From NCBI GenBank assembly GCA_012295275.1, contig CM022677.1, forward strand, positions 17,918,001 to 17,982,000: a stretch of DNA of 64,000 nt, written 5' to 3'. Both the position numbers and the translations under genes were made by a program. Below are positions 1 to 14,968 of the stretch, piece after piece. Position 1 is the stretch's first letter, and each line of letters begins with the position of its first letter. Under the pieces are notes generated by a model. The model saw only the letters and a list, made by a program, of their open reading frames with translations. It did no database searches and was not told the origin of the DNA. Source of the DNA: Chrysomallon squamiferum (lineage: Eukaryota > Animalia > Mollusca).

Positions 1-80
1 CAGTCATTCATATGTATGTGTGTGTGCACAAACAGAATATATATACACATATACACACACACCACACATACATATATATA

Positions 81-116
<36 letters not shown>

Positions 117-1666
117 TATATGTATATGTATATGTACAATATATTATCTACATAGAAGTACATGACAGTGATACTTAGTTATGTATAACAGGCTTTGGAA
201 AATGCATAATGGTCTCACTAACACATGCTGTGGTATATTGCATGAAAATGTATGTTAAATTTGTTTTCAACTGATGATGGTCTTTTTCTCTCTCGCACAC
301 ACACACCCACACCCACACACACTCACATACTCACACACACTCACACACACACACACACACATGCACATACACAAACACATGCACACACACACAAACACAA
401 ACACACACACACAATTAAAAGACTCATGCCTATGCATTGGATTAACAAAATGGCCGACAATGACACATTGATAAACCTTTGCTCTGTGATAGGGAATTAA
501 AAGTGTAAATTTTTATTACAATTTTTTTTTTTTTTAAAATGTTGTATTTTAAAAAAAAAAAAACCAGTGCTGTTGCTTGGAAAAATCTGTCATCCTAGCC
601 TGCTTATTAAATATTAAGACTTGATTACATTACAAAAATTCTCCAGACAATAATGCTGAAATGTCAAACGATAAGGCCTCGGTGACATAAATAGCTTAAA
701 CCTGTGTTTTCAGAAATGGTAATTAATTAATATATACTGTTGTCTTGTTTTATTTTTATTTTAAGTATTGTTTTTATGTTTGTTATTTAATTTTTAGTGA
801 TTTTCTCTATCTACTTTTTTAAACAGTAAAAATAAATTATATTTTATACAAAATACTACTATAACTATAATGATCAAAAAAGAATAATTTTTTTTTTTAA
901 AGTTTGATGATAGAACTAAAAAATGGTTTCCCAACTTCTTAACACAGATGTTAATCCGTAGATTTGTCAGTCTGACAGAGAATCTGCATGGGTGCCATCT
1001 TAAAGAATGGTGCAATTTACTGCAGGGAATAATACAAATGGCAAACATCATAGTTTCTGTGTGTCGATAATGACACTGTGATGGCAATTCTTAACAGTTG
1101 ATGCTCTTTACAGAAATGGATGGATTTAAAAAAAAAAAAAAAAGGAATAAAATTAATGGCCGACGTGTGTGTGTGTGTCTGAAAACTGGTGCTTCAGTTT
1201 AAGGGAGGGATTTGCTACAAGGAATAAAAGCAAACAGCAAACACACAGAGACTGCAGCGTCAACATGACAACATCGTTTTGCTGTTTGCATTTGCCACCC
1301 AGGCATCGGCATCGGAATTATCGTTCTGTTACTCGGTAATTATCAAAATAAACAGATTCTTCCTGGAAACAGAAAAAAGAGAAAAAAGCCCCTAGATGTC
1401 TGTTAGTGCTGTGAACAAGGGAAAATATCGATAACGTCGAAATCAGAGGATACAGAGTGAAGGAGGAGGAGGAGGAGGATAGAGAAACAGGGAGGGAGGG
1501 AGAAGGGGAAAGGGATGGACAGGGGGAGGGAGGGAGGGAAAGAGAAGGAACCAGATGCCCAACCATTTCTCTGTCCTTTTTGGATTAATTCGTGATCAAT
1601 AATAAAACATTTGCTCTCTTTCTGTTTCTCTCGTTTTCTCTTGGTCACTCACTCTTCATGCTTTTA

Positions 1667-1754
<88 letters not shown>

Positions 1755-1843
1755 TTCAGTTTCTTTCACTCTTCATTCTTTTTCTGTCTCTTTCTCTATC
1801 CCTCTCATTCTTGTTTTTCGTTTCTGTCACTGTTTCTCTCTCT

Positions 1844-1917
<74 letters not shown>

Positions 1918-2117
1918 AAAACTAACACCGTGTTTTTATTTATAATCTGTCACATACTTGACTCCACTCACTCACCAGCAGTACCACCTTTCTTTGACAT
2001 ATCTCCCACACATTCCTTTGAGAATAGAAACAAATGAATATTTCACTAAAAGACATTCCCTCTACGGTTATCACAATCAAATAAAAAAGATGGGTTCAAG
2101 TTAATTATATGAATAAG

Positions 2118-2148
<31 letters not shown>

Positions 2149-3324
2149 CAGATTCTTCTGTTTAAAAATCATGACGTTTGTGACTGTACGAATAAGAAGG
2201 AACATAAAACAAATTTATTTGAGTAATGTAAAATATGTAAAGAATAATATATGTTGAGCTTAATTATATCACTGTTTAAAAGTCTTTAAAAGTCTGAAAA
2301 TTTTTGATCTGTTCCAATAAAAATGGTTATATATAAAATTCATATCCTTAATAATGTGAAAGCATGTATAAAATAGATATGTATTCTAAATAATCATATA
2401 CTATAAAAAAAAAAAAAAAGTAAAAAATTATTTTTTATATGTTACCTCTTTTAACCATACATCATGCAAAATACAAAATAAACAACCAAAATTCTGATTA
2501 TTGATATCTCTGTGTAAATTTATCATACAGCAGAGAAATATTAATGCATGCCTGCCATGCTCCATTCTGACTTCATGAGACTGCTCACACAGACAAAGTG
2601 TGTCTAAATGGTAATGAGACTCATTTTACATATGACGGGTCACACTTCAGATTTCCATTTGATGACAATCTGTGTAAATACCTGATTGCAGTATAAACCC
2701 ATCTGCAGTGTGAATATTAAACAGATACACAGAACAAAATGAAATGAGAAGACATATTTCCCCAAAGAACTGCAACCATCTGATTCTTGAAATAATTACA
2801 CATGAAATAATGAGAATAGATCCTTTGATCTGTCAAGTGAGGGTTCTGACTATGATCTAGTGATCAGTTGTCAGCCATTTTGCATTCAGCCATTTTCAAC
2901 GCTATCCAATTCCAGACATGATACCGTTTCTTAGATATTAAAAGATGATGGTGTGTATTTTTCCTGTTTATGGTAAGGTTCAGATAAAAAGTGCTTTATT
3001 GCCAAGTGAGGAATATAGCTGGTGGAGTAGAGACAGTTGGTTTGGATTGGAACAAACGGTCATAGTGATTCAAAAGATATTTATACAGAGATGTATTCAG
3101 TCATGTATGTTCCATTCTGTTCCACTGGCTGTAGCCATCTTTTGAGGCAGATTCTTGACTTCCATCCTACCACAACTTGGCATCTTTCTCTGTGATGAAT
3201 GCTACAAATGTTTGTTCAAATGAAATAGTATTTTCAGTATGCCAGAGATATTTTGTTATTAACTATCCACAATATATAACTGTTCAGTTAGAACTGTGAC
3301 ACACTGTCCCTGCCTTTCTACATA

Positions 3325-3444
<120 letters not shown>

Positions 3445-4155
3445 GCAACAACGGCAAATGTCTTTAATCTCCCAATTCATCTATCCATCCATCCATTCAT
3501 TCATTCATCTATTTTTTTTTCACTCATTCCTCCCTTCATTTCTTCATTCATCCACTCATCTACTCATTCATTTACTCATTCATTTATTCTGCAAATCTTT
3601 AAAAAAAAGAAGAAAAAAAAGTAAAGGACTTATTTTATTTACCGAGGACATCAGTTACAGCATCGTTGCAATCACAAGAGTTTTCAATCTTTGTCTCTTC
3701 AGACGCTGTCAGTTTCCATCACCAGTGTTTTGTCTGCTGCTTTCACTCGCACACTGGTTTCTGCTGCAGTTCATAATGGCCTCCCATCATGCAGCTGTTT
3801 TCAGTATTTGCCTTCTGTTAGGTAAATCTCATTTCAAAGCATTGTGAAAGCGATTTGTATGTTGGTTGATTCTGATGAAGAAATGTTGGGTGGGTGGGTT
3901 TGAGTATGGAGGGTGGTTAAGAGTGAGAGAGAGAGAAAGACAGAGGGTGAAAAAATATAAAAAAATAAAAGAAGAAGAAGAAGAAAAAAGAATGGAATGG
4001 AATGGAAATTACAGAGCATGGAATGTTAGGAAATAAGAAGAGACTGGTGAATGTTTATAGTTGGATGTTATTTAATGAAAACGTTTTTTTGAAGTGAAAA
4101 CACAGACATGTACACTTGTTTGGATGAAAAACTCACAAAAATAAAGATATAATGC

Positions 4156-4220
<65 letters not shown>

Positions 4221-4894
4221 AAACACACACACATACATACACACTTGCACCCAACCAAAATACACACAAAACACATAACTTTATATATACATACATACAC
4301 ACATTCATACAGTTTAACATGTATGATAAGGAAAACTACTTACTATTTTGATGACATACACACAAGTTTTAAGGGTTGATTAACACACACAGACACATGC
4401 TAGGAAATTAGAACAGACTTATACAGGCAGAATATAACAGACACAAGTAATAGAAAAAAAATTGAAATATTTGGCATAAAATAAGAAAACGACAGAAAAA
4501 AAAGACAACATGCAAAGAAAGAAAGAAAGAAATACAAAAAAAAAAAAAAAAATTGAAATAAAATTGGAAAGAAACAGAAGAGGAAGATGGAAATAAAAAA
4601 ACACACAAGGAAAGCAAGAAAGAGAGAAAACAGACAGAAAAAGAGTTAAAAAATAATTTAACCTGGTACATAAGAGACAGAATGGAGCAGAAATAGTGAC
4701 AGTGTATCAGGAACAAAATAAAATGAAATGATACTGACATACTGAGAAAAATCGAGAAAAGTAAGAACAGAAAAATGAACACAAGGAATGAAAGAAAGAG
4801 AAAACAGACAGAAAAAGTTAAAAATATCATTGAAATTGGTACATTAGAGACAGAAAGACGCAGAACATAGTGACAGTTAGTGTATCAGGGACAA

Positions 4895-5145
4895 AATAAA
4901 ATAAAATAAAATGAAATGAAACAAAATGAAACGAAACGAAACGAAACAAAATGAATGAAACGAAACGAAACGAAACGAAACGAAACGAAACGAAACGCGA
5001 AAAACGAAACGAAACGAAACGAAACGAAACGAAACGAAACGAAACGAAACGAAAAGAAATGAAACAGAATGAAATGAAATGAAATCAAATGAAATGAAAC
5101 AAAATAAAATGAAATGAAACAAAATGAAACAAAATGAAATGAAAT
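4895..5145. repeat. Pentanucleotide array (GAAAC/GAAAT/AAAAT)n
   Basis: Directly visible; produces the spurious FRFVS ORFs. Confidence 0.95.
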
Positions 5146-5684
5146 AATACTGAGAAACACTGAGAAGAACCAAGAAGACTAAAAAAAAAACCCAGAAAAA
5201 TGCACACAGACTGACACCAGATGCAATATGAGAGCTGTAAATTACAAAAAGCTGTCTGCCCATGTATTATTCACAACGCAGAAAGACCCATACGAAGATG
5301 GCAATTTCCTCTCGCCACCACCGTCACCTGCAGAGAAAATAATGTACAAGTGTCCTTGCTAATTGTAGCCAGACCCAAGTCAACCGGTGGACTCACATTG
5401 AGAGAGAAACAGTTTTCCATTTGTTTCTTTATCTAATTAACTTTTGTTGCTTTTTGTGTCTATCTCTTTCTCTTTATTTAGTTTTTGGGGTTGGGGTGTG
5501 TAGAGTTTATGAGGATAGGTGGAATTAAGAGTCTGTCTGTGTGTGTGCCTTTGTGTGGTGTGTGTCCACATCTAAATCTCACTCTCTGTCTGTCTGTCTG
5601 TCTGTCTCTCTGTGTGTGGACAAAAATTTTATATTTTGTTAGTGGGTTTTTTCTTGTTATGTGTATATCCATTCAGACCCTGTT

Positions 5685-5744
<60 letters not shown>

Positions 5745-6265
5745 GTATGTATCTATCTATATATATATAATATAAAATGTATGTATCTTTCTCTCATATT
5801 TTTTTTATTTCTTTAAATTCTATTACGCTTTCCTACTGTTCATAATTATCTACTAAACAATGCAAACTCTGAGCCTTAAAGATACAAATAATGATTTTTA
5901 TATCAGAAAAAGCAAAAGCTAATAGTAATACACATTTAGTAACATAGAATTAATACGTAACACACTGTGATTTCGTAACACTTTGTTACGCAACAATGCA
6001 CAGTGTAATACAAAAATAAATTACTTATGCAATAACAGTGATATGTAACAACATGGAAGTAATACGAGAAAGTAGCCAAATGAAGGGAAATTAACACGTA
6101 CATGTTAATTATATATTTCATTTTCTCCTTTTCTGATAAAGGTCAGTAATATTAGAAGGTCTGTTTACTGCAGAGAAACATGGACAGGGCAGGAAATAAT
6201 TGTAGACAGACAGAAAGAGAGATAGACAGAGTATGAAAAAGTGCAAGAAAATTGAGAAAGAGAAT

Positions 6266-6339
<74 letters not shown>

Positions 6340-7564
6340 CAGAGAGACAGAGACAGGGGAATAAAGCCAGAGAATACCTGTCTGAGATATATATCTGAAA
6401 AGGAAAGAAAAATAAAGTAAATGAGATAGATAAAGGAAAACAATTATGTGAGAGAAAGAGAGATGAGGAAAGAATGAAAGAGAGACACAGTACATCTGAG
6501 AATAGCAACAGACAGATCAGTCTGTAAAACTGATAATGATTTTTCTTGACACACGCATGTACATGCATTTCATACTTTTATGCTCAGAAGCATATATTTA
6601 CCACATTATCATAAAGTAATTCACTAAAATACAGACTGCATTATCATTTAAATTACTTATTATTAATTAAGAATTTTTCAGGTATGGTACGCATGCAACT
6701 ATGTATGCAAGTACGCAAAAATTGAGTAATATTAACTCATATAATTAGGTAGGATACCAGTTAGGTTTGTATGTAGATATATAAAGATTAAGTAATACTA
6801 ATTTAGATAATTAAAAAAAATACAATTGTAGACATCTCGTTCTCGCTTCACCTTCACAAATCCCAAAATTGATTTCTTTACAAAAACAACCCTACAAAAT
6901 CCTAAAAATCTCAACATCTGAGACACACTTTTCATCATTAATAACATTAATAAAACTCTCCACTTCAGTTTTCTTTTTTTTATTATCGCAACGACATTAT
7001 AACTGCAACTAACTAACTAACTAACTAACTACCTACTTTCTTCTCTTTATTATTAAATAAACACACTGACACCAGACACACATATCTGCTATATACGCTA
7101 TTACTCAAAGTCTAATTACCAACCCATTGATTACAGGCTGTACATTGTTGGGATGTGTTTGAGACGTTGTATACCGTCTCGTATTACACGGGCAGATGTC
7201 ACTAACGAGCTCATTGTAATCAAACAACTGATAGAAACACACCAGTGAAACGTTTAATTATTTCTCTCTCTCTTCTCTCTCCCCGCCTGTCTGAGTGCGA
7301 ATTGATTCGAGTCCAGTTATGATTATGTAGACAAAGAAGTAAAAAATTATGACCGGTGTCTCTCATCTGGTTGCTGTCTGTCTGTTGCTTCGATGATGTT
7401 GTACCGATGATGTTGATGCTGTCGGTGCTGTCGTCGCTTTGATTGATTGGTGTCTCGCGACCGATGATGCGAGTTTGATTGTTTGGAAGTGGAACTTGAT
7501 GGTGATTGAAAATGTTACAGAAGAAGTTTTGACTGTGAAACTTTAGTACTGTGTTCTGTATATT

Positions 7565-7608
<44 letters not shown>

Positions 7609-7920
7609 CTTTCTCTCTCCCTGTGTCTCTCTCTTTCTCTCTGTGTGTATGTGTCTCTCTCTTTCTCTTGCTTTGTTTCTCTCTCTCAATATATAAATAA
7701 AATAAAAGCTTTTTTTCAGGTTCCTCTAGAAAACATCTTGTCACCACATAATCTAGTTAACAAGTTTTCAAAATAAACCATTTGGTAACTGAACTTGTAA
7801 TCTACACACTTTTATTTAAAATTCATCATCTTCTTATTTTTATTTATGTCCAAACATTCAGCTTGGTTTTTTATTTTTTTTTTCTTAGTGACTTAACGTC
7901 CAATTTGTTGAAAGTGGTCA

Positions 7921-7975
<55 letters not shown>

Positions 7976-8297
7976 TTTTTATTTTTTTTTATTGATTTGT
8001 GGTTGCTGAAATCACTGAAGCAGAAAATAAAGTGTCACATCAGTGACCAAGCTTGATAAATGGAAATAAAAAAGATGTTTTTTTCTAAATTCCTTTTTTT
8101 TTTTTTTTTTTTTTTTTTCAGTTTATTATTTCCTGTATGTTTCGAATTATTATTTTTTTTTTTTTTTTTTTTTTTTACCTTAATTTCGTGTTAATTTTGT
8201 CATTTTACAATTTTATTCTTATTTTACTTTTATACCAGTATTTTATTACATTTTTTTTTTTAACACAAAGTGAATAAATAAATAAATAGGATCCTTG

Positions 8298-8441
8298 TTA
8301 CTACTGTCGCTACTACTACTACTACTATGGCTACTACTACTACCACTATGGCTACTACTACTACCACTACTATTACTACTATGGCTACTACTACTATTAG
8401 TACTACTACTACTACTGCTGCTACTACTACTACTACTGCTG

Positions 8442-8486
<45 letters not shown>

Positions 8487-8705
8487 TTATTACTACTACT
8501 ATTACTATTATTACTACTACTACTACTACTACTACTACTATTACTACTACTGCCACTACTACTACTAATACTACTACTATTATTACTACTACTACTACTA
8601 TTATTATTACTATTACTACCACTATTACTATTACTACTACTACTACTACTACTACTACTATTACTACTATTAGTACTACTATATAGCTACTACTGTTACT
8701 ACTAA
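8298..8705. repeat. (ACT/ATT)n trinucleotide microsatellite, about 400 bp
   Basis: Directly visible; produces the poly-L/T/V ORFs. Confidence 0.97.
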
Positions 8706-9083
8706 TAAAATGAATATGTACTGATACAGCTGCCACTAGTTGCTACTATAAAACACATATGTACTACTGCTGCAACTAACAATAAAACTGTTACTGTTAC
8801 TAGTACTATTAACACAAACAAATAAATAAATAAAACCCCAAAAGAATATTTAAGACGTAATCCACTTTCAAATATTAATACCTTTTTTTTTGTCTGTTAT
8901 TATCTATTTTATTAAAGGTTTAGACTGATTGATAAGAACATAAGAAGTATTTAATTTTTTTTTTTTTTTTTTTTTGTTTCTTTCATCAATGGATTAGGAC
9001 AGACTAAGGAACTATTTTAAAACTGTAGATAAAACTAATAGTATTATTGTCAGAAGAATTTCAGAGTAATTATGTAATAAATA

Positions 9084-9146
<63 letters not shown>

Positions 9147-9178
9147 TGTGTGTCTCTCTGTCTCTCTTTCTCTCGGGT

Positions 9179-9212
<34 letters not shown>

Positions 9213-9540
9213 GAGACAGAGAGAGGGAAAGGAAAAGAGGAAAAAGAAATCGGACACTGACACAATCAGAGATCTGTTCTGGATTGATTTTTTAATTTAA
9301 TTTCTTTCTCATGCTCTTTGAGTAGTTTTTTCTTTCTTTCCAGTCATTGTTATTTTCTGTGTCCTGTCTTTCTTTCTTTCTCTCCTGATCTCATTACCAC
9401 TGTTTAATCTATCTTTGTCTAATTCCTTTTTATTTCTTGTTTTCTGTTCATCTCTCTGTTACACACACACACACACACACACACAGACACACACACAGAT
9501 ACACACATACATAAGTACATATACATACAAACATATATAA

Positions 9541-9574
<34 letters not shown>

Positions 9575-9589
9575 ACACATATACACACA

Positions 9590-9631
<42 letters not shown>

Positions 9632-10347
9632 GACATACATATTTAGCCACACCAAGTGCAAACATCACGGCAAATAAGTACACAAAATTAAATTTTAATA
9701 TCACAAACATCGGAGTTTAATGATTTTTGCTTCAAAGACTTCAGCAATCTTCAGAGACATGGTGTTTGCTTGATGTCATGGTTACACATGAAAGTTTTAT
9801 AACATCGCACTGTTTGCTGTTTTATTTTATTGTGGTCTTTCGACTGTGTAATAACAGCAGTATTGCTCCGGTACCTTCCACTTTTCTGTCGCATTCTGTT
9901 TGTGTGTTTTGACATGTTGGATTTTTCTCTTGTTGCAAAAAATGATGTGTAATGATGTAAATTTATTTTATAAAAGATGATAAAAATAAGAAAAATAAAT
10001 AATAATAAAGAAACAAAAATGATAAAAATGATGCAGGAAAAGGGGTGAAAAAAAATGTTTTTGAGATGATTTAGTAAAGATGGCAAATCTTTCGTTTTTC
10101 TGATTCTTGCTGCTTCTTCTGTGTTTTTCTGTCATCATCTCTTTTCATTTCTCCCCTGCTCCAAACCTCTTTCTCGCTCTTTCATGTGGTATTTCATTAA
10201 TTTTTTTTCTTAACCTTTTTTTAAAAGTAATTATTTTGCCACCCCCCCCCCGATTCTGTCAAAATTATTTATTGAGTGTAAAATTTCCTAATAGGAAATA
10301 ATGAAACTGATCTTTTATTTTCAAATTTACCGAATGTTTTGTCATTT

Positions 10348-10403
<56 letters not shown>

Positions 10404-10658
10404 TCCTCTCTCTCTCTCATATTCCCTTTCCATTTCCATTTCTTTCTTATTCTTCCCCCTTTCTCCCTTTCCTTGTTTCATGATTTGTTTGCTCCAAATC
10501 TTTCACTCTGTCACTTTATTAACTGAAATTACACATTCAGCACAATGTATCTCTATAAACAGATTTCACATCATGTCTTCTTGTCTGTTTTTTGATCCTC
10601 TTACGTCTGTCCATCTCTCAATCCATCTGTACTCAATATATTTTTTTTTACCTTTCAG

Positions 10659-10736
10659 GTCAGAACATTATTTGTCAGTGGATTGCCAATGGATGCAAAA
10701 CCCAGAGAGCTGTATTTACTGTTCAGGTCTTACAAG
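10659..10736 (+). CDS. cpo: cpo exon, start of RRM1 ([26 protein letters not shown])
   Basis: tttcag|GTC...AAG|gtttgt; 78 nt; phase 0-0; contains RNP2 LFVSGL. Confidence 0.95.
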
Positions 10737-11860
10737 GTTTGTAATGTTTTTTTTAATTTATGGACAGACATCAGACAAACAGACAAATGGACAAATGGAC
10801 AAATGTTCTTAATTTTTAAAATCGTTAAATTTTTTCAGGTTTTGTAACAGACAAATGGGGAAAATGTATTTAAATTTTTTAATAACTTTAAATTTATTGT
10901 AGAATTTTGCAACAGTTTTTAGTTGTGGACAGATCTCAGATAAACAGACTAAAAAAAAATTGTATTTAATGCTTAAAACATGTAAATTTATTGCACGAGG
11001 TGTTGTAATAAGTTTTTATTTATGGACAGACATCAGCATAAACAAACAGACAAATGTGTGAATGTACTTGATGTTTGAGCATTTACATTTATTATATATG
11101 TCACATAACGTTTTTCATGCATTTGATGACAGACGGATTTCAGTACGGACAAATGGATGAATGTAATTAATTCTTAAATTTATTTTCATATTTTGTAATT
11201 TGCTTTTCACGTATTTGATGACAGACACAAAACAGGTTCGAGAAAAAGACAAGAATTTTTTTTTGTTATTTTTACTTTTTAAACTATATTTGTTCAACAT
11301 GTTCTTATTTTTACTTATCAACAAACATCAGCATGGATGAACTGACATCATTCAGCTTTCAAAATCATTGAAATCTCTGTATGAACTGGGTTTTTTTTTT
11401 TCAGAAAGTTTATAAAAAATTAAAATAAAAATGTTCACGTCTTTTTACATATTTTAAAAATTATGAATTATAATGATTAATATATGTGTCACTTCTATTA
11501 CTTTTACTATTATTATTATTATTATTACCATTCTTATTATTGTTATTTATTTATGTTACTGTTATTTTATTATTACTGTTAATGTTGTTATTAGTGTTAG
11601 CATTATTATTACTGTTGTTATTGTTGTTGTAAGAAGTTTTATCATCATCATCGTCATCATCCTCATCATCATCACTATTCTAAACCAACCACACACTAAA
11701 TAAAATAAAACACTGACAGTTAATTTCCATTTTAGTCATGGATGGAAATTAAATTTTATAAATACGTAATTAACATATGTAACATATTGTATAGAGTTTA
11801 CGTGAAACAGTTCCACACACACACAAAAACACAGACATAAAGACACACCCATCCATCAGA

Positions 11861-11913
<53 letters not shown>

Positions 11914-13152
11914 CTACTCTCACACAAAAAAATTAAATACAAAAATAAAAATAAAAATAAAAATAAATAAATAAAGAACAAAGCAACAAAAGCAACAACA
12001 ACATCAAGAATAATAATGTCAATAAATAAATAAATAAATTAAAAAAATGTTCATGCTTCCAACAATCTTCACACATTCAGTTCTCCCACCCTTTTTTTTT
12101 CCCCAACCCCAATTTCATGAGCCACCACCTTGACACAAATCATCAACACCCTATTTTAGGACAAATAGTCAAGGGAGGTAATTAACTGAACTCGAGACAC
12201 CATTTAACTGAAGTTGTAGCTGAAGCTGTTGATGTCACTTTCAGCTTCGGGGCAGTCTCTCAGATCAGATTCTCATTTTAAGAAAGAAATTTCGCTGAAA
12301 TGAATTTTTTTTTTTTTTTTTTTTTTCTCCCCACTCTCTCTTCAGGCTAAGTCAAACATTCATTGATACAGTGGAACCCATTTAAAACATGATAACTGCG
12401 GCATAGGAAATTTCAGTAAGAAACTGTTATAACTGTTATGGTTAGATCCCTGGAAATGTCAGTATAAAGTCCTTTCATACACTGAAACTCTAGTAATTAG
12501 TTATAGCTGGGAACAAAAAGTTTATTTTTCCATATGTACAATCAGACCTTGATAATTTGATAGAGACAAGGAAACATTAATATAACATCCTTTCATACAG
12601 TGGAGTCTTGATAATTATTTACATTTGGGATTAAAAGATATTAAATAATAAAAAAAAACTTCTAAATTTGTTAATTAAGGTCCTAGAAATTTCAATATAA
12701 TGTCCTTTTATGCAGTAGAAACTGTGGATAAAAAATATTGATTATATATTCATATTTATATTCATTAATTTGTTACAATTAGGGACCTAGACATTTCAGT
12801 ATAATGTCCTTTCATACAGTAGAAACAGTTTAACTGTGGATACAAATATTGATTTTATATTCCTATTTCTATTGATTAATCTGTTAATAATTAGTCCCTT
12901 GAAATTTCAATATAATGTCCTTTTATACAGTATATATATAGATATACACACACACACACATATATATTGTATTATCTGGTACAATGATGCTTGTTTATAA
13001 TTATGTTTTAAAATGTTCAATATGTATCCATTAATGAAGTATTACATTATGAAAACACAATATATATATAAAATAATAATAGTAATAAAAATAATAATAA
13101 TAAAAGAAAAGAAGGCAATGGATGTATGTATAATAATCAGGAAATAAATAAT

Positions 13153-13189
<37 letters not shown>

Positions 13190-13386
13190 AAAAAAAAAAA
13201 CTACAATAAAAATGCCATTAACCAATGAATCTTTAATTACACACCACATTATTTAATGGCCATTTGTTACATATAAAGCTTGTATCAACGCTTATCTAGA
13301 ACTATATCTGAGTTATCGCACCACCTACCAAGTGCATCCTCGCATTTCTCAAACAAAAGTTACTAGCAAAAGCAAAGACCTATCCC

Positions 13387-13458
<72 letters not shown>

Positions 13459-13881
13459 AATAGAAAATAATCGATGGGAAAAATACATTACTATTTTCTT
13501 GCTTTTCAACACTCCATAGAATGCGAGAAAATGGAAGCATAAATAATTAATAACTAATTTTTCCTCTGGCAGATTAGTCTGATTACAAACAGCCAAGATA
13601 ACCAATGTTTTTCTGTGAAATTTTTATTTCGATTCCGTCTCTACTGTTGCTGTTTTTGTAGGTTTTTTTTGTTGTTTTTTTCTCTTTTTATTTCTCTCTC
13701 ACATTTTCTTTTATCTGACTTGATCTCTGCAGTATCTGCTCCTATCCTTGTTTTTTTTTCTCTCTCTCTCTGTTTTTCAGTCCCTATCTCATTCATTCAT
13801 TTTCTCTTTTTCTCTCCACATTTCTGTCAGTCTCTCTCTCTCTCTCTCTCTTTCTTTTTTTTTATCCACATTTATTTTTGT

Positions 13882-13921
<40 letters not shown>

Positions 13922-13936
13922 ATTATATTTTTGTTT

Positions 13937-13999
<63 letters not shown>

Positions 14000-14082
14000 A
14001 ATTTAAAGATGTTATTGTTTGACTTTCCATTTCAATTTTCTTCAGTTTTTGTAGTAATATAATTATATTACACACACACACA

Positions 14083-14124
<42 letters not shown>

Positions 14125-14922
14125 GTGAGAGGGTGAGAGAGAGAATTTATTAACCAACAAAATATAATAATCAGAAAAATAATAACAGCTAAAGTTATAA
14201 AAAAAATACATCTAAAAAGGAAAAGAAATGAAAGAAATGAAATTTAGAATTCCGATTCTCTGCAGCTGCTATATTATTTTAAATAACGAGGAAAAAAAAA
14301 ACAGAGAAGAAAAAAATGTGTGGGAAAGAACAAAAAAATAAGTCTGGACATTTTATTAAATTTGTAAATGGCTTTTTTCCACTTTCTTTGCCAGAGAAAT
14401 GGATAGGTTCATAATTCAGTTTTATTTATGTTATTGCAAGTGACACCCAGTAATGTTTTATGAAAGTGTGCTTATGAAAAAAAAAAAAAAAGGTGTGAAT
14501 TATTTCCCAATCTGACCATGCCTCCAAAATGATGCTGATATAGTTAATAAATATTTTTTTTTACTTGGGTTGCAATAAACATATATTTATTATTAAAATA
14601 ACCTGTAGGTTATAAGGACTTTACGTATAAAAAAAAAAAAAAGAAGCATATTTGTTTTCTGTTCCAACTCTGTGCTCAGAAATGAAAAAAAAAAAAAAAA
14701 AAAAAAAAAAAACAAAAAATCACATTATATTCCATTTATTATCATTTTTAAAATTTATTATTATTTTTGTTTTTCTGTTTCACCAGTAACAATTCTTTGT
14801 TTATAGTATCTGTTTTTCCTTTGTGGACAAAAACAAAACAGAACAACAATAAAAATAAAAAAAATAAAAATACTAAGAAGAGAAAATAATCCTACTACTA
14901 CTGACATAAAATAGATAAATAA

Positions 14923-14968
<46 letters not shown>

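Noticed and set aside
3776-3821. ATG-initiated segment MASHHAAVFSICLLL with a gtaaat donor as the cpo first exon
   Set aside because: It ends in phase 1 while the next exon needs phase 0, and it does not resemble the family's N-terminus.
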